From IMG/VR virus record IMGVR_UViG_3300025018_000078, positions 1 through 34,796 of that record: DNA of 34,796 bases; one strand, given 5' to 3'. Origin of the DNA: a virus (taxonomy: Duplodnaviria; Caudoviricetes). The notes beneath the pieces are model-generated. The model worked only from the letters and a program-made list of their open reading frames with translations. It did not search any database and was not told the DNA's origin. A program made the position numbers and the translations under genes. Positions 1 through 8,669 of this stretch are shown here, piece by piece (position 1 is the first letter of the stretch; every line of letters starts with the position of its first letter).

Positions 1-118
1 GGCAGCGTCCAGCGGTAACAACAGCACGGCAGCGTCCAGCGGTGACTACAGCAAGGCAGCGTCCAGCGGTTACTACAGCAAGGCAGCGGCCAGCGGTAAC
101 AACAGCACGGCAGCGTCT
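1..118 (+). repeat. 27-bp coding tandem repeat, about 4 units
   Basis: Units GCAGCGTCCAGCGGT-NAC-NNC-AGC-AMG read directly. Confidence 0.95.
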
Positions 119-712
119 AAAGGCGAGCATTCCGCGTGTTCGGCACTTGGATATAGAGCCGCAGCAAGCGGAGACATTGGCAATCTTATCATGGCATCCG
201 AGTATGTTATAAAAGGTGGTAAATATATCCCCGTTGGCGGCAAGGCTGATATTGTGGATGGTAAAAAACTCAAGGCTGGGGCATGGTACATCGTCAAAAA
301 AGGTAAATGGGTTGAGGTTGATTTTACTGATGGTATCTTTACTTATATTATTTCAAATAAAGGCGGCGTAAAGAAGGTCAAAGACGAAAGCGGCAACGTG
401 ATGTATGTCGTTACGGACGGGGAAAACCATGCACACGGCGATACCATTAAAGAAGCCCGTGACGCTCTGATTTATAAAATATCTTCACGCGATACCTCTG
501 CTTATGATGGATGGAAACTGACTGACGAAAAGCCGCTTGCCGAGATTATCAAAGCATACCGTGCTATTACGGGTGCATGTGAAAGCGGCACAAAGTCTTT
601 TGTCGATAGTCAGGGTGAATTGCCAGATAGTTTGACTATTAAAGATGTGATACTTGCGACTAGAGGCGCGTTTGGCAACGCTGAATTTGAGGCTTTCTTT
701 AAGGATAAATAG
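2..712 (+). CDS. C-terminal part of the same repeat protein (AASSGNNST... then HGDTIKEARDAL / YRAITGACESG domain)
   Basis: Frame 2 is open from base 2 and in frame with track ORF 191..712; it starts with the same repeat units as the window end. Confidence 0.85.
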   Translation, partial: AASSGNNSTAASSGDYSKAASSGYYSKAAASGNNSTAASKGEHSACSALGYRAAASGDIGNLIMASEYVIKGGKYIPVGGKADIVDGKKLKAGAWYIVKKGKWVEVDFTDGIFTYIISNKGGVKKVKDESGNVMYVVTDGENHAHGDTIKEARDALIYKISSRDTSAYDGWKLTDEKPLAEIIKAYRAITGACESGTKSFVDSQGELPDSLTIKDVILATRGAFGNAEFEAFFKDK

Positions 713-741
713 TGCTATAATCCGACCGCGTTCATGAAACT

Positions 742-770
742 GACCCCGTGTAAAAGCGGGGTTTCTTTTT
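742..770 (+). terminator. Rho-independent terminator
   Basis: GACCCCGT-GTAAAA-GCGGGGTT stem followed by TCTTTTT, downstream of the ORF ending at 712. Confidence 0.8.
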
Positions 771-977
771 GTGCGCTGATTGGTACTAATAGTACCTTAT
801 GCGGTACATCGTATAATTTAAGGTTATACGGTTTAACTCATAAACCGACAGAACGGCGCATATATGACGATTGGATTGTTGATTTCCTTGGGGGGATTTT
901 TGCGCGTTAGGCCATAAAAATCGTATCCAGATACTTCGCAGCCGCATTGCAATCTGGCTGTCCAGATAGGCTCTGGT

Positions 978-1199
978 TTATTTTTCACACAATTCGAGCC
1001 AGACGGAATTATTTTCATCAGCTTCTGCCCGTGTTTCGGGGGTATCTTTATCACTAGTATACACTGGGCTATAAATCGCGCAAAAGCTATTTGCGTGTGA
1101 ATCGCTTACGCACCCTGCCAGCATAATCAGGATCACTCCGCAGCCGATCACGCGCAGCGTTTGCCTTGTCCACGTTATCAACGATTTTTTCTGCGGCAT
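978..1199 (-). CDS. Putative o-spanin (Rz1-like lipoprotein); start uncertain
   Basis: Hydrophobic stretch plus lipobox LAGC (VILIMLAGC), two further Cys; overlaps the i-spanin candidate in another frame at the end of the lysis cassette. Confidence 0.65.
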   Translation of the reverse strand: MPQKKSLITWTRQTLRVIGCGVILIMLAGCVSDSHANSFCAIYSPVYTSDKDTPETRAEADENNSVWLELCEK

Positions 1200-1314
1200 C
1201 GAGTTGGGCACGTGTCTTTCCCTTTGCTTCATTGTCTTTGCGGAGATAATGCAGGAGCAACACGAAGCCAGCAAATGCGAGAATAGCTGCCAGTGCCGCC
1301 CCTGCATAGATCAT
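1087..1314 (-). CDS. Putative i-spanin (Rz-like)
   Basis: N-terminal TM helix then charged helical tail; position in the lysis cassette. Confidence 0.6.
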   Translation of the reverse strand: MIYAGAALAAILAFAGFVLLLHYLRKDNEAKGKTRAQLDAAEKIVDNVDKANAARDRLRSDPDYAGRVRKRFTRK

Positions 1315-1505
1315 TACTCGCCCTTTACGTCAGAGTCAGAGAACAAGAACGCAACAGCACCTGCCAGACCAACGCCGACCGTGATGATGTATTCTTGAAG
1401 TTCCGGCGCAAGTGCCAAGCCAGTCGCAGAGACAAGGCCGATAATCCCCTGCCACGTGGACGGATACTTGAGGTGGTTAAGCAGTTTCAATGCCAGTGCT
1501 TTCAT
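1314..1505 (-). CDS. Putative holin (2 TM)
   Basis: 63 aa, two hydrophobic segments, PSTWQG motif, directly after the endolysin. Confidence 0.55.
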   Translation of the reverse strand: MKALALKLLNHLKYPSTWQGIIGLVSATGLALAPELQEYIITVGVGLAGAVAFLFSDSDVKGE

Positions 1506-1507
1506 AG

Positions 1508-1900
1508 TCAGTTTCCTTTGTAAAAAGATTTGTTAAGTTCAAAGTGTACACCATCTTTGAAATTTTTCCAATTTCCGCCCCATACGATAGGTATATCCAT
1601 CTTTGCGGCAGTCTCCATAATGTGCATTGCAATCCGTTCGTAAACGGGAAAATCCCAAGTTACCTTGCCGTCAACGTAGGCCACAACATCCACCGCATGG
1701 CCTGTCAGATGGCGGCTGTTCATAGTCTGGCTCTTGCCATCCTTGACGAGTTCCTGTTGTCTAGTGACGCCTCTAAGACCCTCTGTAATGCCGAAGTCAT
1801 ACGGGCTACGCTCTATAGCCGCAATCATCAGGCGGCGCATATCTTCATGCACGCCCTCCATGCGGTCTAGGCTTCTTTGTGAGAATTTGTATTTTGGCAT
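1508..1900 (-). CDS. Endolysin, M15-family L-Ala-D-Glu peptidase
   Basis: FSQRS..GVH, ITEGLR..RQ, SRHLTGHAVD, WGGNW..FKDGVHFEL motifs; likely start MPKYKF at 1900. Confidence 0.9.
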   Translation of the reverse strand: MPKYKFSQRSLDRMEGVHEDMRRLMIAAIERSPYDFGITEGLRGVTRQQELVKDGKSQTMNSRHLTGHAVDVVAYVDGKVTWDFPVYERIAMHIMETAAKMDIPIVWGGNWKNFKDGVHFELNKSFYKGN

Positions 1901-1904
1901 AGAC

Positions 1905-2123
1905 TTATACCTTCCAGACATGCGCGACGATCCACGAAATAAACCCAGAAAGACCTGTAGTAACTGCGATAACAACTTTAGCCGCCCCTCTCATCTGTGC
2001 CTGACTGTCCTCTAGATCGTCAATCCGCTTGTCGTGTTTTTCAAGCATACCGGAAAGATCGGTCTTAATTTCCCGAATGTCTTGCTTGACGGATTTCAAA
2101 TACTCAAGGATAGGATCGCTCAT
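1905..2123 (-). CDS. Coiled-coil protein with C-terminal TM (holin/XhlA-like)
   Basis: GAGGTG RBS before MSDPIL; heptad pattern then hydrophobic tail; precedes the endolysin. Confidence 0.55.
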   Translation of the reverse strand: MSDPILEYLKSVKQDIREIKTDLSGMLEKHDKRIDDLEDSQAQMRGAAKVVIAVTTGLSGFISWIVAHVWKV

Positions 2124-2325
2124 CTTCACCTCTAGGTGCATTGTAACATTTGTTCACGTACTTATCAAAATGTTCCATGTCTGGAAATGTGTGCAAAACC
2201 CCGTTGCTAGAGATTGTCACCGTACCGTCCTTGCGTTTGAGGATGTCCACGTAATGCCCCATTTCAGCGTCAAACAGCCGATCTAACGTACCTTCGGGAT
2301 GGTCTTGGGTTGTGGCGGGGGTCAC
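2104..2325 (-). CDS. Hypothetical protein
   Basis: Translationally coupled (4-nt overlap) to the upstream gene. Confidence 0.55.
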   Translation of the reverse strand: MTPATTQDHPEGTLDRLFDAEMGHYVDILKRKDGTVTISSNGVLHTFPDMEHFDKYVNKCYNAPRGEDERSYP

Positions 2326-3254
2326 AGTGCCCCCAAACCAGCGGACATATTTGCGTGGATTTTCGCATGACCAAGGTTGTTCGGATGAACATTATCTGCA
2401 AGGTCAGTCGTGTTATCAACAGATGCATGGTTATCAACGAGCATGATATTCAAACCGTCAGCAGACAATTCTGTAATCATGTCGTCAATAATAGCGTTGT
2501 ATTCGTCAATTGTTGCAGAAGTGATACCAAATGACGTATAACCAGCGGCGCTATATTCAATGACGTTAGACAGGGCGACACCTGCGCTGTCAATATCGTC
2601 CGAGCCAGCAACGAAATCGAAATAGAAGTACTTCCCGTTTGGAGATGTTACCGTAAGCTCCACCGTGTGCGATCCTGCACCAAAGCCCGAAAAACGCTCA
2701 CATGCGCCAGCGTAGTTTTGACCGCCAACTGTTGCGCCGTTCATGCGGCAACCGACCGTCCCGACAAGGTTACCATCAACACGCACCTCTGCCGTACTCT
2801 CTGCGGCTGCGGCGTTTTGAATGAGGTAGCCAAGATAAAGCGTATCACCGCTAAATGTTTCAGTGACCGTTGCGCCGTTCTGTGTGCTTACTTTACCGAA
2901 GGCGTTACCTGCGGTATTGCCCCACGTACCAGTATAAACCGCAGTGCCAGACGTGCGGGCTTTCTTGAGTGTCGGGCATGTCATCCATACAATACCGCTG
3001 CGGAGAAAGTTTTTATAATGAGCTTGCTTTGTCGTGTCACTTTTATAATGACGTGCATCGTTCGTGCCGATCATAATAGCATATTTCTGTGTGGGGTCTG
3101 CCGTATGGCTTGTCTGGATAATCTTCGCCATATCCCCCGCGCCATCGCCCGATGCTGCCGCGTTTTCAGGAGTGAAAAGACCCACCCAAGATTTACTAGA
3201 TTGGCTTGCGCCGTTGCCTACTGTGATGCTGTCGCCGAATGATTTGATGCTCAT
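2322..3254 (-). CDS. SGNH/GDSL-family esterase with an inserted beta-sandwich domain
   Basis: Block I FGDSIT, block III IGTND, block V DNVHP; central insert GTW..T / VRVDG / GSHTVELTV..FYFDFV typical of carbohydrate-binding sandwiches. Confidence 0.8.
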   Translation of the reverse strand: MSIKSFGDSITVGNGASQSSKSWVGLFTPENAAASGDGAGDMAKIIQTSHTADPTQKYAIMIGTNDARHYKSDTTKQAHYKNFLRSGIVWMTCPTLKKARTSGTAVYTGTWGNTAGNAFGKVSTQNGATVTETFSGDTLYLGYLIQNAAAAESTAEVRVDGNLVGTVGCRMNGATVGGQNYAGACERFSGFGAGSHTVELTVTSPNGKYFYFDFVAGSDDIDSAGVALSNVIEYSAAGYTSFGITSATIDEYNAIIDDMITELSADGLNIMLVDNHASVDNTTDLADNVHPNNLGHAKIHANMSAGLGAL

Positions 3255-3303
3255 ATTAGAAATTTCTTTGTTTTAGATGATTGAAAGCTTCAGATTAAGA
3301 ATA

Positions 3304-4062
3304 TTAGTATTCTGTCCTATATGTCAAGATGCGCTGATATAGATCATCGCACTCTGCTTCGGTTAACCCGCTTCCAACGTGTGCGAAGCTAAATTGCGAT
3401 GCATTGTTGTTAAAAATACCGCCGCATACTTTAAATGGATTTGCTGAGACTGCAACGCTTGCATTACTTGCAACCGCGCCTGATAAAGCGCCGTTTTTTA
3501 CAAAGAAGGCTTCTGAACTATTAAGCCTTGATGCTACTGGGTGGCCTACTCCGCTTGCAACAGCACGACCAATAGCATTTCCTGTTGTGTTGATGGAAAA
3601 GTAGGTATTGCCTCCTGCAAAAGGTCGTATCTCAATATCCTGCAAGTCACTACCAATAGCCGGAGTGTTTGCAGTTTGCGCGCTTTCAATGTAGCCACCG
3701 ATGTGTGCGCTATCTTGTGAGAATTTAGAGAACGTAGAAATGTTTGCAGACGTTTTAAGGTATCCGCTTGCAGCACCTGCATATCCGGCATCGGCTGTGA
3801 AAACAGGTGAACCTGATGTAGAAAGATCATGAGTACCCGGCTGTATAAGGTTAAGTTGCGCTGCCTGTGCCGTGTGCATCTTAAAAATATACAGAGCATC
3901 GAACTTCGACCAAAGACCGTCATCGACAATACCACGCACAAAATTATCAATAGCTTTTGTTATTTGAGCGCTTGGTTTTGTGCTCATAGCATTGATGTAT
4001 GCCTGTGTGTATGGATGCAGCCCTTGAAAAATTAAAGGCATAAATTTTGTATAGTAGGACAA
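3304..4062 (-). CDS. Putative tail-associated lectin-like (ConA/LamG-like) protein
   Basis: IDNFV..L..DGLWSKFDALY N-terminus and GLTEAE..LY C-terminus seen in phage structural proteins; adjacent to the tail fibre. Confidence 0.5.
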   Translation of the reverse strand: MSYYTKFMPLIFQGLHPYTQAYINAMSTKPSAQITKAIDNFVRGIVDDGLWSKFDALYIFKMHTAQAAQLNLIQPGTHDLSTSGSPVFTADAGYAGAASGYLKTSANISTFSKFSQDSAHIGGYIESAQTANTPAIGSDLQDIEIRPFAGGNTYFSINTTGNAIGRAVASGVGHPVASRLNSSEAFFVKNGALSGAVASNASVAVSANPFKVCGGIFNNNASQFSFAHVGSGLTEAECDDLYQRILTYRTEY

Positions 4063-5094
4063 TTATGCCTCCTCTGTTACGCCCACAACATCGAATTTAG
4101 TATCTGTGTCATTCCAAACAAGTCCAATATATAGCGTTTTACTAATAACTGTCGTTGTTGGTAGCGTTGTGCCAATGGCTCTATAGTTTGTCCCAAATGT
4201 TACAGCCCTTGCCGTACCATCATCTTTTATACGTATAATAAGAGCCTGACCTTGAACCATTGTTCCTGTGGGGTTTGCGATGTCTAGAGCTTCTGCCTGC
4301 GCCGTTACCACAACAAGATCGTTTGTGCTTGTCGGTGTGACTGTTGCTGCGGATGTTACGGATTGAACACGCGGATTCAATTCTTGATATGCGCGATCAA
4401 GTTTTGACGGTGTTACCGCATCGTCATTAATTTTTGCAGTCGTAACTGCTGCATCATTAATTTTTGCAGTTGTGACTGCTGCATCATTAATTTTTGCAGT
4501 TGTGACTGCGCTATCAGCAATTTTTGCAGTTGTTACCGATCCATCTGCTATAACAGCTGTTGCAGGATTAAGCATTTCCCACCGCGTATTATCTAAGTCA
4601 TAACGTAATGCCGCTTCATACCCTGCCGCTGGAATATCCCCAACCGCCAAAGCAGAACCGCCGTTTTTGACAATGGCATATGCAGTCAATCCATCAGGTG
4701 CAAAAGTAGGGTTTGTTACGGTATTAGAACCGCTTGCACGGAAATACGCAATCTGACCATCTGCCAGTGCCGTTAATGGAATAGGGTAGTTTACGGTAAT
4801 TGCGTCAGCCGTACCGCCTGCATCATTCCAGTGCAAAGAGCCGTTAATTACCTGATCTGCTCTCGCGTAGTGTGTTGATGCAGTTGCAGCGCCGACACTG
4901 GTATGACGGAAAGAAGCCATAGGTAGGTTTGCCGTGATCGTCGTCTGACCGTCTTTGGTAATACACTGAGAAAGACCATTGGCAAAGTTATCATCTTCGC
5001 TATCGTGACGGTCAGCGCGGATTTTAATACCGCTTGCCGCGTCATTAACCCAGTTCCTTACGCGCAGAAATACGCCTGAGCCGTTAAAAGCCAT
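4063..5094 (-). CDS. Tail fibre / tailspike-anchoring protein
   Basis: MAFNGSGVF N-terminus, DG..T..ANLPM motif, (D.AVTTAKI)n repeats, ALIIRIKDDGTARAVTFG C-terminal module. Confidence 0.75.
   Translation of the reverse strand: MAFNGSGVFLRVRNWVNDAASGIKIRADRHDSEDDNFANGLSQCITKDGQTTITANLPMASFRHTSVGAATASTHYARADQVINGSLHWNDAGGTADAITVNYPIPLTALADGQIAYFRASGSNTVTNPTFAPDGLTAYAIVKNGGSALAVGDIPAAGYEAALRYDLDNTRWEMLNPATAVIADGSVTTAKIADSAVTTAKINDAAVTTAKINDAAVTTAKINDDAVTPSKLDRAYQELNPRVQSVTSAATVTPTSTNDLVVVTAQAEALDIANPTGTMVQGQALIIRIKDDGTARAVTFGTNYRAIGTTLPTTTVISKTLYIGLVWNDTDTKFDVVGVTEEA
4411..4551 (-). repeat. 30-bp coding repeat (DAAVTTAKIN, about 5 units) in the tail fibre
   Basis: Recurring aatttttgcagt every 30 nt. 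Confidence 0.9.
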
Positions 5095-5099
5095 CTTTG

Positions 5100-7169
5100 T
5101 TATCTCCCTTGCAAAATCCGTTCGATGTCGGAAAAGTCCTGCATCGGCTTTTGACGTTGATTTAGTATAGCCTCAATGTCTGAAAAATCATCTTGTTTTG
5201 TAGGTATGGATTGCTGTGTAACCGTCTGCTCTGTGGCAGTAGGCGCAACCATTCCACCAATAGCGGCACGTCCAAGCGGCAAAGACTGATTAAGCGCTGC
5301 GCGGTTGGCGATAATGGAAGGAAGCCCGATATTGCTCAATTCCTGAATGGCGGTCTGTTGCCCACTTGCAACACGGCGCAGTAAATCCATACCTTGTTCT
5401 GTAAGCATAAGATCAGCCATGTCGGCATAGAATTGCGGGTCTTGATCTGGCGTACCCTTACCAAACATACTTGCGACTTTACGCGCAACTGCTGTAAACC
5501 CGCCTGTTTTTACGTCAAGTGCTGTATCTGCCGCAGCCTTTGCTAGCCCTTGCTCTGCTTGCATGCGTGGTTGTGTCGGTGAACCGTAGCGCATACGTTC
5601 ACCAAGCTTCGCCTGATTAATAACACCTAATGTCTCCTCAATCGGAGCGTATTGATTACCAGCATAAGAGCGCATCATATCGCTTGTGCGCTTGTCAGGT
5701 GCGATACGGCTTGCAATGTTTACAGGGTCATTCCGTAGCTCATCCATTGCGCCGTAAATACGGGTTGCGGCGGCTGTTGGTGCGCGTTCACCCAATGCTT
5801 GCGCTGCAAGGTCGGCGTTTTGCTGTGTGCCGCTGAATAGCTGCTGACCTACACGCTTTGCTTCCATTGGGTCAATATCAGCCAACGCGCCGATACGTTC
5901 ACGCATTTGCAAAGCATCAGGATTGCCAGAATATATTCCTCTAGCCTGTCCATATTCGGGGCTTACTTCGTCCATTGCGCTCAAAAGCTGTGTTTTTGCG
6001 CTATTGATCAAACGCGCCTCGTTGCGATTTCCAGCGCGGCCAGCGGATTCTGCCATATCATCAAGGCTGCGCTTAACGGCATCAAGCGCTTGAATGGAAT
6101 TATCAGCTAAGTCGCCAATTTCCTGCGCGTAAACAGGATTAGATTTTGCCTTTTGCAACGCGCTTTGAATAAGTGGATTTTGCAGAATGGGTGCGTTTTC
6201 AGGCAATGCCGTTTGATAAGCCTGAGCGTAAAGGGGCGCAGCTTGACCGCTAAGCTGTCGTGTAATATTACCAGAAGCCTTACCAGCCTGACCAATAACA
6301 GCAGCAGCCGCTTCGTCATAACTTCCTACGGTATGATCAAGCTCACGTGCAAGCTGCATAAGTCTTTGCTCAATCTGACCTGACTGCTGTGGTGTTCCAG
6401 AGCGTCCTGCGTACATCTGAGCCATGCGCCCTGCTGTCATGGGATTACTTGCAATAACCGCCTGTTGTGCCAAAAGCGGATCAGACGGAGTTTGCGCGAC
6501 CATTTCAGCCAATGTTAAGGGTATGCCTGACTTTTGAGAAGCTGCCGCCATACCCTCTGCACGTGCCAATTGTTCAGACAAATCAGGCCTTGCCGCAAGC
6601 TGTCGTGCGAGTTCTTTTTGGGCTTTATTGTCAAAACCATTGGCTGTTTTTTCTGTTACGGACTTATAATCAACGTTGTCAGGTGATTTTCCCATCCGAG
6701 CCAATGGAGAAGTAGCAGCACCAAGTAAAGCACCAGTACCTGCACCGATACCCATGCCAGTAAGACGGTCAACCAGTGTATCATCCGCACCGCCCAAACC
6801 AGAAGCTGCGCCATATCCAGCACCAACCAAAGCGCCTTTTCTTGCCCCTGCCAACTTACTGCCGCCGCGAATCCAATTAGCCGCCGATTGTGCCGTTTTT
6901 GTGAGTCCAAGTGGTACACTCCCCGCAGCTTGCCCCGCAAACGATAGAATAGGGCTTTCTTTCCAGTCTTGCCCAAGCTCTTGACGTGATAATTCACGCG
7001 CCATTTTCAGGGCATCTTTAAACGTCAAATCCTCAGACAAAGCAGAGGCAACCGCAGCGGCGGGTAAATCTTGCAATTCATCAGCAAACCCAAAGGTAAT
7101 ACCCTGCTTCGCCTGACGGCCAAAACGCATCAATTCCTCTGCGAGTTTCTCTGTTTTTGTTTTAGCCAT
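5100..7169 (-). CDS. Internal virion / DNA ejection protein
   Basis: QGITFGFADE motif, Gly/Ala-rich hydrophobic segment, helical Ala/Gln-rich body; position after the tail genes. Confidence 0.7.
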   Translation of the reverse strand: MAKTKTEKLAEELMRFGRQAKQGITFGFADELQDLPAAAVASALSEDLTFKDALKMARELSRQELGQDWKESPILSFAGQAAGSVPLGLTKTAQSAANWIRGGSKLAGARKGALVGAGYGAASGLGGADDTLVDRLTGMGIGAGTGALLGAATSPLARMGKSPDNVDYKSVTEKTANGFDNKAQKELARQLAARPDLSEQLARAEGMAAASQKSGIPLTLAEMVAQTPSDPLLAQQAVIASNPMTAGRMAQMYAGRSGTPQQSGQIEQRLMQLARELDHTVGSYDEAAAAVIGQAGKASGNITRQLSGQAAPLYAQAYQTALPENAPILQNPLIQSALQKAKSNPVYAQEIGDLADNSIQALDAVKRSLDDMAESAGRAGNRNEARLINSAKTQLLSAMDEVSPEYGQARGIYSGNPDALQMRERIGALADIDPMEAKRVGQQLFSGTQQNADLAAQALGERAPTAAATRIYGAMDELRNDPVNIASRIAPDKRTSDMMRSYAGNQYAPIEETLGVINQAKLGERMRYGSPTQPRMQAEQGLAKAAADTALDVKTGGFTAVARKVASMFGKGTPDQDPQFYADMADLMLTEQGMDLLRRVASGQQTAIQELSNIGLPSIIANRAALNQSLPLGRAAIGGMVAPTATEQTVTQQSIPTKQDDFSDIEAILNQRQKPMQDFSDIERILQGR

Positions 7170-8669
7170 TTAAAGCCCCTTGGCTTGAATGTACTGCTGA
7201 ATACGATCTTCCGGTATTCCAGAGTTTCGCAATTGTTGAATAATCTGGTCTCTGCCAGCGCTTTGCGGCTGTGTAGAAACAGGTGGCGGCAAGAATTGAT
7301 CAGACTGGCCGCCAAAGCGTTGATAGTCTTGATCGTATGCTTGCCTAATATTTTGCAAAGAAGATACGTGCTGCCTGTTAAAAGCATCAAGGTTTTGCAT
7401 AAACTGTTCGTAGCTTTGAGAGTTTGAGAGATTGCTATATGCAGCCTTAAGCAGATCAAGTTCCTTTTCACTCACGTTTCCTAGTGCGCCGCCAGTGGGC
7501 GAATTATCGCGCATGTTTTGCAAAGTATCAAACGCGGCTGTAGCTTCTAGAGTTTGAAGGTTCATTTTTAGGTCATAAGCAGGAGTACCCGGAATTGCAT
7601 TTGCAATAGAGCCTGTAAATCCAGTCGTAAAAGCGCGTTGCGCCGTTTGAGATACTTGATTAACAACCCTTTCGATGTTACCTCTGCGTAACTCTGCGGA
7701 TTTTAAAGCACGTTCCATCTTCGGAAGCGACTGCCTACCTTCTTCCATATACTTGGCACGGAGCTTGGCGCGTTCTTTTTCGGCCTCTATAGTTCCTTCT
7801 CTTTGCGCCATAACCTGATCAGCACCCGGCACAGAAGAAATACTAGGCGCTTGGAATGACAATTCAGGGCGCTGCATCGGGCTAACACCTGTTTGCGCCT
7901 GTTGCTGCATAACTGCTTGAGCGTGTTGCTGTAAAGGATCAACACTAGCGTTCTGCATACCTTGCTGAGGCACAGACGGCAGAGTACTCCCTTGGGGAAT
8001 ATCCATTCCCTGCTGTGGCGGCATATACTGGGGCATCTGTCCGCCGCCTTGCGGCATATTATACTGCGTAAGTCTGTCAAAACCGTATGTTTTAGCAGAC
8101 TGCCCAATAAGGTTAAAGCGTCTTTCGGCTTCATATCGAGGGTCTTGGAAACGCTCTGGATACATGACCTTTTCTTGAGCAAGCATATCCTCTGCAATCT
8201 GAATGGCTGCAGGTGTATTACCACCGGACGCGGCACGAATACCTGCAATATTTTCCATTTGCTCAGCACGGCGTTGGTCACTCAGAATATCAGAATACAT
8301 GCGAATTGCGGCATCACTCGTATTTGGGTCTTGTGCTAGAACCTTCGCAGCGTTCATTTGGTCGGGATTGCTCAAGGCTTCAACAATCATTTCTTGTCTG
8401 CGTTTTTCAGCTTCTGCAAGTTTTTCATCAGCTTTACCAAGCTGCATTTCGCCTGTAAATCGTTGTGCCGCCTGATTGATATTTTCCCATGGAGAACGCT
8501 TGACAGTCATACCGCCAGCGGTTTCATTACGCTGTGGCGCATTACCTTGCTGAATAAGCAATTCAGCCAACTGGCGCTTGCGCTTTGCTTCGCGCTCCTG
8601 TTGAGGATCAAACATAACGGCTTGCGTTTGTTTCGGCAGGCGCGATCTTCCGAGTTCTGGCATAAACAT
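7170..8669 (-). CDS. Internal virion / DNA ejection protein
   Basis: Q/M-rich; C-terminal AFDTLQNMR.SPTGGALGNVSEKEL..L motif common in podoviral ejection proteins. Confidence 0.7.
   Translation of the reverse strand: MFMPELGRSRLPKQTQAVMFDPQQEREAKRKRQLAELLIQQGNAPQRNETAGGMTVKRSPWENINQAAQRFTGEMQLGKADEKLAEAEKRRQEMIVEALSNPDQMNAAKVLAQDPNTSDAAIRMYSDILSDQRRAEQMENIAGIRAASGGNTPAAIQIAEDMLAQEKVMYPERFQDPRYEAERRFNLIGQSAKTYGFDRLTQYNMPQGGGQMPQYMPPQQGMDIPQGSTLPSVPQQGMQNASVDPLQQHAQAVMQQQAQTGVSPMQRPELSFQAPSISSVPGADQVMAQREGTIEAEKERAKLRAKYMEEGRQSLPKMERALKSAELRRGNIERVVNQVSQTAQRAFTTGFTGSIANAIPGTPAYDLKMNLQTLEATAAFDTLQNMRDNSPTGGALGNVSEKELDLLKAAYSNLSNSQSYEQFMQNLDAFNRQHVSSLQNIRQAYDQDYQRFGGQSDQFLPPPVSTQPQSAGRDQIIQQLRNSGIPEDRIQQYIQAKGL

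Noticed and set aside
1-35. Biological direct terminal repeat
   Set aside because: The overlap falls inside a tandem repeat within a gene; an assembly break or overlap is more likely, so the unit count is uncertain
833-1054. 73-aa minus-strand ORF after the spanins
   Set aside because: It overlaps the o-spanin candidate, with no clear RBS or recognisable motif; it cannot be supported, though it is not excluded
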